57,549 nt of DNA from a virus (lineage: Duplodnaviria; Caudoviricetes). Positions 38,709 through 48,210 of this stretch are shown here, one piece after another. The number at the start of each line of letters is the position of its first letter. Position 1 is the stretch's first letter. The DNA is taken from IMG/VR virus record IMGVR_UViG_3300028025_000648, positions 1 to 57,549 of that record; one strand, 5' to 3'. The position numbers and the translations under genes are program-made. The notes below the pieces were generated by a model. That model did not search any database. It was not told the DNA's origin and was given only the letters and a program-made list of their open reading frames with translations.

Positions 38709-39281
38709 TTAGTTTAATAGGTCGGTAGATGTGAGGAAACGACCGCCCCATAGGGATTTCTGAACCTTTACAGGCTCAAACTGCACGATCTCGCCTAGAT
38801 CGCCAGACTTGCGGAAAGCGGTGTCTGCAACTACGGCATCTACTCGCTTGCCAAACTCATTAAAGTTACCCTTGATGTTGTTAACCTCACCTGTTACATT
38901 ATCAAGAGACTTCGTTACTGCTGATACCTGCTCATGAAGAGACTTAACGGTTGCAGCAAGATCGCCAAAGGCATTATTAAGAGAATCCTTAATGTCTGCA
39001 ATTGCCTTAGCAACTTCATCATTAATTGTTTCAACAACATCTGCTGCTGCAGGTGCTGCTTCTTCTGGCTTCTCTTCTTCTACTGCTGCTTCTGCAACAG
39101 GAGAATCTGCACCACCATCGACTGTATCTGCTACAGGTGCCTCTTCAGCAACTGGGGCTTCTTCAGCGACTGCAGGTGCATCTGTTGCTACTGCAACTTC
39201 TTCAACTGCTGGCTGTGCCTCTGGAGTGACCTCTACATTTTCAACTACTGCATCTACTGATGCCTCTGTTGCTTCTGTCAT
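38709..39281 (-). CDS. Nested in-frame scaffold protein (internal start)
   Basis: Perfect AAGGAGGT 7 nt before the in-frame ATG at 39281 (MTEATEASV). Confidence 0.7.
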   Translation of the reverse strand: MTEATEASVDAVVENVEVTPEAQPAVEEVAVATDAPAVAEEAPVAEEAPVADTVDGGADSPVAEAAVEEEKPEEAAPAAADVVETINDEVAKAIADIKDSLNNAFGDLAATVKSLHEQVSAVTKSLDNVTGEVNNIKGNFNEFGKRVDAVVADTAFRKSGDLGEIVQFEPVKVQKSLWGGRFLTSTDLLN

Positions 39282-40040
39282 TGGTATTACCTCCTTGTTA
39301 ATCTTAGAAGTGTTAATGCCTTTAGCACTATCGACTAAGAATTTTATCATTTCTGCTTTTTCACTATCGTTTTTTTCAACGAAACCGATGTTTTGCATTT
39401 GCTTTTGTGTTGATGGGCTAACCTGTGATTCTGAATCTGAAACCATTACAAGGCCAGTATCTGCATCCCAAAAAATATTTTCTGTCTCAACCTTTGAGAG
39501 CATTCCATCAATAACATTATGTCCGTCTTGCTTCTCAATAGAAACAATATTTGCAAATTGATTTGCTGGACTATCAACAAGTGACAACTCAAAAAGTTCA
39601 TACTCTTTGATAACACGAATGCTCTTGTCCATCTCTTCATTAAATGCATCATCCCAAGACTTAATGTTTCCACCAATTGAGAAACCTGTGTATGTTCCGT
39701 CTAGAACTTTTTCCCAAGCATTCTGTGCACCCTTAGAAACGTATGCTGATACATAAACTCCAGAGTAAAACTTCTTTGTGTTTGGATCAAAGTAACGATC
39801 TTCTTTAAATGAAACAATCTTGCCAACTGCTGAAGGCTGATGCATCTCACGAAGGTTACCACGGAAATTCTTAAAAGCCTCAAGGCTTGCTTTAGTATCA
39901 ACAATGTCATCTTGCTTGTCAATATTATCTAAAGTTGCAAAACCAGAAACCATTCTGCGCTCTACATCTACTTTGCCAATAGGCATTGATAGACGTACGT
40001 TGTCGCCTGAAGTCGTCCAGTGTGCTTTGTTTATTAACAT
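38709..40040 (-). CDS. Prohead protease fused to scaffold
   Basis: HK97-type protease VSGFAT...REMH...TGFSIGG...ELSLVDSPAN; acidic Ala/Glu/Pro linker and coiled-coil C-terminus. Confidence 0.88.
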   Translation of the reverse strand: MLINKAHWTTSGDNVRLSMPIGKVDVERRMVSGFATLDNIDKQDDIVDTKASLEAFKNFRGNLREMHQPSAVGKIVSFKEDRYFDPNTKKFYSGVYVSAYVSKGAQNAWEKVLDGTYTGFSIGGNIKSWDDAFNEEMDKSIRVIKEYELFELSLVDSPANQFANIVSIEKQDGHNVIDGMLSKVETENIFWDADTGLVMVSDSESQVSPSTQKQMQNIGFVEKNDSEKAEMIKFLVDSAKGINTSKINKEVIPMTEATEASVDAVVENVEVTPEAQPAVEEVAVATDAPAVAEEAPVAEEAPVADTVDGGADSPVAEAAVEEEKPEEAAPAAADVVETINDEVAKAIADIKDSLNNAFGDLAATVKSLHEQVSAVTKSLDNVTGEVNNIKGNFNEFGKRVDAVVADTAFRKSGDLGEIVQFEPVKVQKSLWGGRFLTSTDLLN

Positions 40041-40049
40041 ATCGTATCT

Positions 40050-40058
40050 ATTATACCA
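40050..40058 (-). promoter_or_regulatory. Extended -10 promoter TGGTATAAT, near-leaderless
   Basis: 9 nt from TATAAT to ATG, no SD. Confidence 0.7.
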
Positions 40059-40080
40059 AACATTTATGTATGTTTCTCAA

Positions 40081-41673
40081 CTATTGAGATGCTCTTCCTT
40101 CTCCTTGTGCATTTCTTCCAGATATGGTTGTTGGGCTATCAGATTGGTTGTTCTGTCTTTCTGTATCCCGTGCTCTATTTCCAGAAGCATTTGCATTAGC
40201 GTCTGCTGCTGCTCTTGCCGTCATCTCTAGAGGAGCGTCTCCACCATCTCTTTGAGGAAGATCAAGAATCTCACGAGCCTCGTTAGGAAGCATGATCTGA
40301 GACTTGACATATTTTTCAAGAATCTGGGCTTGTGCAATCTCGTCTGTGAGGGTAAGTTCATTAAACTTAAGTTCAAGGATATCTGTCTTCTCACGAATAA
40401 TCTTGCTGATTACCTTTTCAAGGTGATGCTGTGCTGGACGAGCAACCTGCTCTTTAAAGGTGCGGTCCTGAGATAGTGCAGCAGCCAAACCAGAATCTGC
40501 TCCACCAAGTTTAGAGATAGGGACCTGATGAGCAATAAGAATATCATCACGGTTCTGCTTACGATACTCTTTAAATGAGCCATCTTGGATACCGTTTTCA
40601 ATTGGCTCCATCTTAAACTCGACCTTGTTCTGGTCGGTGTCTCCAGGAAGCGGGATGTATAGAGTTCTGTGTGACTGAGACTTAAGCCCAGTCTGAAGGA
40701 ATCTGAACATCTTGTCTTCTGAATCACCAGAAAGTTGTGCACCCTTTAGGGTAATGATGTATCTTGGAACTGCTTTGTTTTCAAAGTAGTCAATATTATA
40801 TTGTGAAGCAAGTTGATCTCCGATAAGAGATGGCATAGCAGCCACGATATCTGGAACTCCATAGAATGTATTTAAGGGTGAGTATTCCTTAATATGAATA
40901 ATCTCGTTAGGTCTTGGATCGTTGGTTACTGGATTTTGGTTGTTTGCCCCAAAGTTTCTAAAGTAAACAACATACTGACCAATGATTTGCAAGAAACCAT
41001 CGTGAAGTCTACGAACACGAACAGTGGTTGCTGGGATATGTCCGATATATCCGATTTGTCCATCTGTTGTTCTTCCGACTTCTAGGAAACCGTTGCCTGT
41101 AGCCTCAAGGTCTGTATAAACCTTTTCCATTGTCTTAGTAAAACTATCATCATCGTTAAGACTTTCAAGCCAGTCACGAAGTTCGATTTTCATTCTTTCA
41201 ATGCGCTTACGGGCACGCATAACCTTTTCTGGATCTTCTGAAGTTTCAAATCTTAAAGATGTACTATCTGTAATATCAAATCTATATCCAAGTCCTACAA
41301 TATTTTCTACCTTTGCATCAATTGCTGCGTGGTTAGCAAAAGATGTGTCATAGAAGTTAGCCAACTCGTACATATTGTATGGAGGTGTAATTACATCAAA
41401 TAAACCATAACCATTACGATATACAGTTCCAGGATTGATCTGCTTAGATGATGAATCTGCTCCAGATGGCATTGCATTTGCTGCATCAAGATATGCTGGA
41501 TCTCCTACTGCTTTGTTTGCTAGTCTTCCAGTTCTTCTTTTGAAGTTTGTATTGATACCGCTTAAATCTTTTAACTCTTCCCAGGACTTGTTGAATGGAT
41601 CTTGACTCTTGAAGATGCTATCTTCTTTTTCCTGTGTATTTAACTTTGCCTGAATTGGATACTCGTTAGTCAT
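40081..41673 (-). CDS. Portal protein
   Basis: GNGFLEV, EIIHIKEY, FYGVP, YFENKAVP, PNEARE; likely start MTNEY at 41673. Confidence 0.9.
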   Translation of the reverse strand: MTNEYPIQAKLNTQEKEDSIFKSQDPFNKSWEELKDLSGINTNFKRRTGRLANKAVGDPAYLDAANAMPSGADSSSKQINPGTVYRNGYGLFDVITPPYNMYELANFYDTSFANHAAIDAKVENIVGLGYRFDITDSTSLRFETSEDPEKVMRARKRIERMKIELRDWLESLNDDDSFTKTMEKVYTDLEATGNGFLEVGRTTDGQIGYIGHIPATTVRVRRLHDGFLQIIGQYVVYFRNFGANNQNPVTNDPRPNEIIHIKEYSPLNTFYGVPDIVAAMPSLIGDQLASQYNIDYFENKAVPRYIITLKGAQLSGDSEDKMFRFLQTGLKSQSHRTLYIPLPGDTDQNKVEFKMEPIENGIQDGSFKEYRKQNRDDILIAHQVPISKLGGADSGLAAALSQDRTFKEQVARPAQHHLEKVISKIIREKTDILELKFNELTLTDEIAQAQILEKYVKSQIMLPNEAREILDLPQRDGGDAPLEMTARAAADANANASGNRARDTERQNNQSDSPTTISGRNAQGEGRASQ

Positions 41674-42052
41674 CGCTTCCATACCTATCATAAGTTTGTT
41701 GTGCTGCATGCCATGCGCCCAAGTCATTCATTGACGGGATAAGACCTTGCTGCATTCTATCTTTTTGCTCAGAATATTCTTCTTCTGAAATTCTAGTTAA
41801 TCCAGGAACAAACACAACCGATCCATCCCCTGGATCTCCGTAGTGTCTTGCTGCTGTTTTTAGTTCTGCAATCTTAGAAATATCTCCACGCATTGACTCA
41901 ATGTTTAGAACAGAACCTGTTCCATCTGTGAAGTACTTTCCGTCTGCTTTCTTATATACGTATAGACCCCAGTCATAATGCTTCTCGATGACTTTACGTC
42001 TAACATTGCTTACAATTGGTTTACCAGTTTTGGGGTTAATTAAAGAATCCAT
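41666..42052 (-). CDS. Hypothetical protein upstream of portal
   Basis: 128 aa from ATG 42052, 7 nt after TGGTATACT (leaderless). Confidence 0.7.
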   Translation of the reverse strand: MDSLINPKTGKPIVSNVRRKVIEKHYDWGLYVYKKADGKYFTDGTGSVLNIESMRGDISKIAELKTAARHYGDPGDGSVVFVPGLTRISEEEYSEQKDRMQQGLIPSMNDLGAWHAAQQTYDRYGSDD

Positions 42053-42070
42053 AACCATTAGTATACCATG

Positions 42071-45000
42071 TTATACCGCTATCTTGGTTGTAGTTGACCA
42101 CGTTACATCGTTATAAACACGAACATCCTCTGGCGCAACCGAAATTCCATCTACTTCATCGTCTACAATAATTCTATTTGTGCCCATATACTTGTCATAA
42201 ATAATAGTTGGATCAATAGAATAAAGATTAATTGTATTAACAATCTTAACTTCGTTCCAGGTGTAAGCGTTCTCCCAGTAATCCCAGAGCCTTGGGGTGC
42301 CATCGTCTTTAATATCTCCCCAAGTTCTAACCTGAACACGCTGGTTCTGCTCAAGGTTAGTAGCAAGGTAGTAAGAGACATTATTATAGGTTAATGGTCC
42401 ATTTAGATTAATTCGACCTGTGTACTGGTCAAAACTAAGCAAATCTGTAAAGGCTATGGACAAAACAGTCCACTCTTCATTTGTTAGGTAAGGTGTTTGA
42501 ACAGACTGACCATTTACATAATACTGAACCGTGTCAATTATTGCATTTGTAAGTCTATTGACTGCGTATACGTAGCCACGCTGACCACTAGCATCACCCT
42601 GTAAATAGAAGTCATAAATTCCGTTCTTATGATCAACAGATAAGATTAGCATTGCTCCTGTAGGAAATACTCTATTGGCAAACTTTGCCCACATCTGAAT
42701 CGTACTAACTTCTGTACCAAGTCCCTTTTGTACGTTTACTGGAATAGAGATACCTCTTTCAGTTACTTCTGAGAAATCCCCTTGAATTCTCCAACCAGAG
42801 TGCTTGTTTAAGTAAAGATAAGGGGTGCTACCCTTATATGTTGAAATAGGGTTCTTGCCTTTAAAGTCATAGTAAATACCAGTCTTCTTATACGGATAAA
42901 CTGGAACACCAAACTTTGTTCCAATCTCTGTGAACTGCTTTCTTTCAAGAACCTGAGAAGCAAGTTGTAGTTTTCTAAACTTGACTGGGTGATGAAGAAT
43001 TCCTTCCGAATTAAAGTCTAAGTGATAAACCAAAGCAATGTCATTAAAGTCTACAGAGTTATTTTGTCTATCCTTCGTTGGTGGATAAATAATAGTTCCA
43101 TCTATAACCTCGTAAGCAGTATCTTCCCAGTTACCAGAAATGAGGGCTGGATCTGCTGTTCCCTTAACTCTAGCAGTAGCAAAATTTGGGAAGTCGACTA
43201 GATTAGTATTTGCTCCATCATTTGTATACTGGAATGAAATGTAAGATCTAACAGCGCTTCTTTCGGTGTCATAATAATAGTACTTGTCTGAGTCTTGAGA
43301 CATATCTTCATAGTTATCCCAACCGCTATAAAAGTTATTATCTAGGGATGCATATGTCTGTTGGATTGGTGAAGAGTATCGAATTGCTAAATCTGAATAT
43401 GTCCAGGATGAAGTGGACTCTAAAGATTTTGTTTCAAGTGGCTCAGGAAAGTCTAGGTTAAACTGAATAGAGTCTACATCATAGAATCGATTTCCATCAT
43501 AATCTTCTGTATACTTTGCAAAATAAGACAAAGGCATATAGTCTTCCCAGTATCCAGATACAGCAATGTCTGCAAACATCAAGCCATATTTTTCAATAAC
43601 CTTAAGTGTATAGTTGGCAGTATGTGCAAGCATTTGTGTTGCTACGGTTGATGAATGTAGGAAAAGGCCTTCTTGGTCATACTTAGAAGAGATCTTTCGG
43701 TTGTTATATGATGCGTCAAATCCAAATCTATAAACCTTACCTGTAAAGGTTGTTACTTTATCTCCTGCTACAAGAACTGTAAGGTTGGATTGATTAGTAA
43801 AGAATCTGTTGATACCTATAATAGGTTGGCTGGATAGATTTTTGATATTAATTCCTGCTGTAAATTTTGTATTTGATGAGACTGTGTGCTCCTGTATTAA
43901 CGTATTTACCCCTGAAGACAAGAACCTATATGATAGGGTATTTCCATTAATCTGTGCAGTTAAAGAATCTTTTGTGATCTTATTATCTATTTTAAATAGC
44001 ACCTGATTTACTGCTGTTCCGTCAGTTTCAAAAACACCATACAGGCTTTCTACAGTCTCACTAAGAACACCAAGACTTTCAAAGAACATAAAGCCAAGTG
44101 TAGTACTCCATCCAGAGTTAGGTCTAAATGTAAAGTACTTATCTGTTGCAGAAGACTCTGCAGACTGCATTTGGTCAAACCACTCTTGGCTAGTTTTTGA
44201 GCCAAGAGAAAACTCAGGCAGTTTATAATCTGGAAGAGTTAAGAACTTTGAAGAGGCTTCTAGGTTGCTAAAGAATGCTTGTCTCCAAGTTGCAAAATCT
44301 GGATAGTTATAGTTAACAGCGTAATCAGCAAAAGAGTAATCATTAAACACTGTAGTTCCATTAAGAGATGCATTAGTTGTTTCTGGTGCTACAACTGCCT
44401 GGCCCCATACCCATCTTCTTTTTGCTACCGTGGTAGGAACAGCATATGAGTAAATAGAAAAAGAATCAATATCAATTGGATATACATCTGCGTATGCGTA
44501 GAATCCTAACCAGTCTTGGCTTTTACCAGTGCCATCAAATTCAGATGGTAGACCGATGTTTGTTTGATCAAATGGGATTTCTGCAACTTCTTCGCCATTT
44601 AAGACTAGCGTTACAGTATCTTTAATGATTCTAATATGAATAAGCATAGGTCTATGCCATTCACCAACATAGTGAGATTTATAGTTATCCCCAACTACAA
44701 TAGTAAGGAATCCACCTTCAACATATAAACCATCATTTGAAGATATTGGGCCAAATATCTTTTTAGGCTCCAAGGTATCTGAACTTACTCTTATCCACAT
44801 TTCTGCTGTATAGTCATTATATCTACCACGATCATTTAAGAATCCGTACCCTGGCAAAATAATGGATGGATAGTTGACTCCAGAGATAACATTATCAAAA
44901 ATCTTAGTTACATTTGATGAGCCATATACAAGTGGAATACCAAAATACTTTGCAAACAGGTTTGAGTTATTTGCTAAGTAGTATCCATTTAGTGTAGACG

Positions 45001-45700
45001 CTCCGTAAGGAACGGCATCAATAACTTTTAGAGATGAAGGCAATGCAATATCAGATGGCATGGCTGATGCTCTTACACCAACAGAATTTTTATTAAAATC
45101 TTCTGACCACTGACCAACACTTAACCCATTGATAAGAAAGTCATAGTCATTAATACCTCCGCCAGACACAACGCTAATTCTAATCACTAACTTGATTGCT
45201 GTTGCCCCAACTGGCGGAAGTTCAAATGTGTTTGAATAAAACTGCCAAGTATTTGCATCCAAAGAAGATAGTACAACACTCTGTAAAACATCTATGGTAG
45301 TTGAAGTTACGGAATCATAATATTGATATCCATACTGAATTGTTTCAGCATATGGGTTATCAAAATAAATGTTAAAACCAATAGCCCAACTAGCCAACGA
45401 TCTATCTAAATTGCTAAGGTTAATATTATAAGCACTTACAGCCTCAATCTCCATAGGAGAAGATGTTGGAACAGACCCCGAAAGCCTACTAACAAGACTG
45501 CTCTTGATAGGAGTTGTTTCTGGAATTGGATCTTCCTGAGTTGCGGTAGCATTAGTCAAAGTCCATTGACCAGAGGAATCTAGCCTTCTTTGAACTTCGC
45601 TAATTGTAGATAGATAGTCTACCCTCTCGTTGAGCATCCAAACAGCCAAGGGATGCTCTGAGTTAATTTTTTCTACGTATAGGTTAGATTGGGTAGTCAT
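42071..45700 (-). CDS. Large virion protein with LamG/concanavalin-like domain
   Basis: 1209 aa; HPLAVWMLNE, YTAEMWIRV...LVLNGEEV...IDSFSIY pattern. Confidence 0.6.
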   Translation of the reverse strand: MTTQSNLYVEKINSEHPLAVWMLNERVDYLSTISEVQRRLDSSGQWTLTNATATQEDPIPETTPIKSSLVSRLSGSVPTSSPMEIEAVSAYNINLSNLDRSLASWAIGFNIYFDNPYAETIQYGYQYYDSVTSTTIDVLQSVVLSSLDANTWQFYSNTFELPPVGATAIKLVIRISVVSGGGINDYDFLINGLSVGQWSEDFNKNSVGVRASAMPSDIALPSSLKVIDAVPYGASTLNGYYLANNSNLFAKYFGIPLVYGSSNVTKIFDNVISGVNYPSIILPGYGFLNDRGRYNDYTAEMWIRVSSDTLEPKKIFGPISSNDGLYVEGGFLTIVVGDNYKSHYVGEWHRPMLIHIRIIKDTVTLVLNGEEVAEIPFDQTNIGLPSEFDGTGKSQDWLGFYAYADVYPIDIDSFSIYSYAVPTTVAKRRWVWGQAVVAPETTNASLNGTTVFNDYSFADYAVNYNYPDFATWRQAFFSNLEASSKFLTLPDYKLPEFSLGSKTSQEWFDQMQSAESSATDKYFTFRPNSGWSTTLGFMFFESLGVLSETVESLYGVFETDGTAVNQVLFKIDNKITKDSLTAQINGNTLSYRFLSSGVNTLIQEHTVSSNTKFTAGINIKNLSSQPIIGINRFFTNQSNLTVLVAGDKVTTFTGKVYRFGFDASYNNRKISSKYDQEGLFLHSSTVATQMLAHTANYTLKVIEKYGLMFADIAVSGYWEDYMPLSYFAKYTEDYDGNRFYDVDSIQFNLDFPEPLETKSLESTSSWTYSDLAIRYSSPIQQTYASLDNNFYSGWDNYEDMSQDSDKYYYYDTERSAVRSYISFQYTNDGANTNLVDFPNFATARVKGTADPALISGNWEDTAYEVIDGTIIYPPTKDRQNNSVDFNDIALVYHLDFNSEGILHHPVKFRKLQLASQVLERKQFTEIGTKFGVPVYPYKKTGIYYDFKGKNPISTYKGSTPYLYLNKHSGWRIQGDFSEVTERGISIPVNVQKGLGTEVSTIQMWAKFANRVFPTGAMLILSVDHKNGIYDFYLQGDASGQRGYVYAVNRLTNAIIDTVQYYVNGQSVQTPYLTNEEWTVLSIAFTDLLSFDQYTGRINLNGPLTYNNVSYYLATNLEQNQRVQVRTWGDIKDDGTPRLWDYWENAYTWNEVKIVNTINLYSIDPTIIYDKYMGTNRIIVDDEVDGISVAPEDVRVYNDVTWSTTTKIAV

Positions 45701-45714
45701 ATGTCTCCTACCTT

Positions 45715-45723
45715 ATTTTACCA
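45715..45723 (-). promoter_or_regulatory. Extended -10 promoter TGGTAAAAT
   Basis: Motif followed by AGGAG RBS. Confidence 0.6.
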
Positions 45724-45733
45724 TAGTAGAGGC

Positions 45734-47764
45734 TTATAAAACTTTTAACTCACAAGCATCTGTTGTGCAGTAGGCTTCGCCCTGAGCATCAAGATTTTCG
45801 ACTCCATCGTAGATAGCATTCCAATTAATCTTAGCAATCTTTCCAATATAGTCGTTGTATTCATCCTTGGTAATCTGAGTATAAGGCTGCTGAGGATATG
45901 TCTTATTGCCCATTGGAAGGAATGAGACTGCCTTTAACTGTCCCTCGTACATATGAAGAGCAGGAGCAATAAACTTAGACTCTGTTTCCTTGTCAAATGA
46001 TAGCGTTACAGAAACACCATTATCTGACCAGTACTTCTGAGCAGTTGCTGCCAAACCAATCTTCTCAAACATACTTACATCCTTCTCAGAACGTGGGTGT
46101 CCTGAGTGTACTGGGAAGTAGACTACTGATGTATTTGCTGATACAAGGTCTGGCTCAATCTTATACCCCGCTGCTTTAAACAAATGAAGCATTGGGTCTG
46201 TCTCACCAAAACGAATAGCACGAAGGAAGAACTCTCCTCCAGGACCCCAGTGAACTCCAGGGGTAGCACCAGAAAGAAGTGATACAGATCCTGATGGCTT
46301 AACTGTTGTTACACGAATTGATTCACGAACGCATAACCATTCTGAGTACTGCTTGTCATAGTGACGAATCTTGTTGTACCCTTCGTCCATCCACTCACGA
46401 GTAGTTGGCAAACCATTGGTATCTGCAAATGATGCAATGCCTGTAAGAGATGTACCAATACGGCGGTTGCGCTGCATAATACCGTTTGTAACTTGCCAGT
46501 GTGTTGGCATAAGAGTTACAGTCTTTCCATAAAGATAAGCAAACTTCAGTGTCTTGAGAAAGTCCTCCTTGGATTCGTGTCGATTAAGATGTACCTCAAC
46601 GAGAGTACAAAGTTCGTACGACTCCAATGGCTGCTCTGCACACGGATTAAAGCCCATCACACGATAGTCCTTACCATCTGCTGGATCTGCAAGACGACCA
46701 AAGTTTCTAGCAACATCAAGCCAGATAAAGCCTGGCTCTCCGTTATCAGAAATCACATCAACATAGTCTTCATATTTTGTTCCGACTGTTGCTGAAATTG
46801 AATTGTTTGACATCCACGCCCATCCTGGGTTCTCTGGATCAAACGAGTTGCGCTCTGGAAATGCTTCTGCATTTTTAAGATTCATAAAGTCAACATCGTC
46901 TGCTGCTCCAAGTGCAAGGGTAGCAGAACGACGAACATTTCCTGATACTACGCAAGTACCAATAAGATTAACAATGTCTACAATAGCACGAGCATCAAGT
47001 AGTTCTCCTGCTCTAGAACCGATAACTTTGCGAATGCGTGTATGTAGATCAATAAGTGGTGCTGGACCGCTGGCGACCCCACCAAAGCCCTTAATAGGTG
47101 CTCCTAGAGGACGTATGAGATCATAGTTGAACTCCTGAACTGGCTGGTTCTGACGAAGGAATGAATTAATAAGTAATCTAACAGACTCTACCCAGCCCTC
47201 ACGAGTATCTGGGATTTCATAGATAGAGGCTGGTTCTGTTGGAGCATAGATAGGCATAGCCTTTTCAGCACCAACTGTATCAAACCCTACTCCGATACCA
47301 AGCATCAAGGCATCCATTGTCCAGGCAAATAGAGCACCTGGGTCATTACGATCAAGGTCACGAGTAGAAACCATTGCACAGTTTTGAAGGGAAGCAGAGT
47401 TACGTTTCTCCATAGTCATAGGAGTTCCAAATGCCCAGAGTCCACGACCTGGAGGTGTCCACTTCAATTCAAACATTCTCTGGAATGCTTCCTGAGCAGA
47501 CTTCTGAGCCTTATTATCATTCCATGGTAGACGATTCTCTTTAGCGTGGTTCTTCTGAACTGAGTACATACCCTCGATTACACGACGACAAACCTCATAC
47601 CACTTTTCCTTTGTACCGTCTTCCTTTACACGAGAATAAGTTCTAATAAATGTGATTTCTCCAAGAGAGTTGCCTCCTGCATCTGTGAATCCAAATGGTG
47701 CTGGGACTTCTGAATATTTTGTAATGAAGTCATCAACTAGACGAAACGAGAAAAAATCTGACAT
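45734..47764 (-). CDS. nrdJ: Class II (adenosylcobalamin-dependent) ribonucleotide reductase, monomeric RTPR type
   Basis: PPGRGLW, NCA, GNVRRSA, NPCAEQ, TVKPSGSVS, C-terminal CTTDAC; no small-subunit gene nearby. Confidence 0.92.
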   Translation of the reverse strand: MSDFFSFRLVDDFITKYSEVPAPFGFTDAGGNSLGEITFIRTYSRVKEDGTKEKWYEVCRRVIEGMYSVQKNHAKENRLPWNDNKAQKSAQEAFQRMFELKWTPPGRGLWAFGTPMTMEKRNSASLQNCAMVSTRDLDRNDPGALFAWTMDALMLGIGVGFDTVGAEKAMPIYAPTEPASIYEIPDTREGWVESVRLLINSFLRQNQPVQEFNYDLIRPLGAPIKGFGGVASGPAPLIDLHTRIRKVIGSRAGELLDARAIVDIVNLIGTCVVSGNVRRSATLALGAADDVDFMNLKNAEAFPERNSFDPENPGWAWMSNNSISATVGTKYEDYVDVISDNGEPGFIWLDVARNFGRLADPADGKDYRVMGFNPCAEQPLESYELCTLVEVHLNRHESKEDFLKTLKFAYLYGKTVTLMPTHWQVTNGIMQRNRRIGTSLTGIASFADTNGLPTTREWMDEGYNKIRHYDKQYSEWLCVRESIRVTTVKPSGSVSLLSGATPGVHWGPGGEFFLRAIRFGETDPMLHLFKAAGYKIEPDLVSANTSVVYFPVHSGHPRSEKDVSMFEKIGLAATAQKYWSDNGVSVTLSFDKETESKFIAPALHMYEGQLKAVSFLPMGNKTYPQQPYTQITKDEYNDYIGKIAKINWNAIYDGVENLDAQGEAYCTTDACELKVL

Positions 47765-47800
47765 AATATATATTACCTTTCAAGTAAATTTAGAGTGGGT

Positions 47801-47915
47801 ACTTTAACTTTTTCAAAGTACTTCCCAATTATAGCACTATTATTTTTGTAAAACAAACGTAAAACAAAAAGCCTACACTGTTACTTTAGTGTAGGACTTT
47901 AAGTTTATTAAAGTA
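47801..47915. promoter_or_regulatory. nrdJ control region: TGCTATAAT (47828-47836) flanked by two ACTTT-N9-AAAGT palindromes
   Basis: 47801-47820 and 47896-47915 match at 17/20 positions; GTAAAACAAA repeated at 47848 and 47859. Confidence 0.55.
47861..47895 (-). terminator. Rho-independent terminator
   Basis: CCTACACTA-AAGTAA-CAGTGTAGG-CTTTTTGTTTT. Confidence 0.7.
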
Positions 47916-47932
47916 GTCTCAATATTTGAGAA

Positions 47933-48166
47933 TTAAACAGTAGCAGGTGGAAGATTACCAAGTTCTTCTTGATGAACTTTCATTGCTGCTTCAAGAATTG
48001 CTAGTGCCTTTTGTGCTGCTTCGATTTGTACTTCAGACTCAATACCTTCTGCAGTCTTAAGATTAAGACTATACTGGTATGCTTCTGCTGCAAACTGCTG
48101 AATACGGTTCTCTAGCAGTTGACGCTTTTGATCATTTGTTAGCATTGCTGCAAAGTCAATTGACAT
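47933..48166 (-). CDS. Small coiled-coil protein
   Basis: 77 aa, own TGCTATAAT (48196-48204) and AGGGG RBS. Confidence 0.7.
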   Translation of the reverse strand: MSIDFAAMLTNDQKRQLLENRIQQFAAEAYQYSLNLKTAEGIESEVQIEAAQKALAILEAAMKVHQEELGNLPPATV

Positions 48167-48210
48167 TTTTACCCCTTTGGTTTGACTGTTTTATAATTAT
48201 AGCAGATAGG

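Noticed and set aside
47765-47932. NrdR box or cobalamin riboswitch upstream of nrdJ
   Set aside because: No convincing match to the 16-bp NrdR consensus by eye; the leader is far too short for a B12 riboswitch
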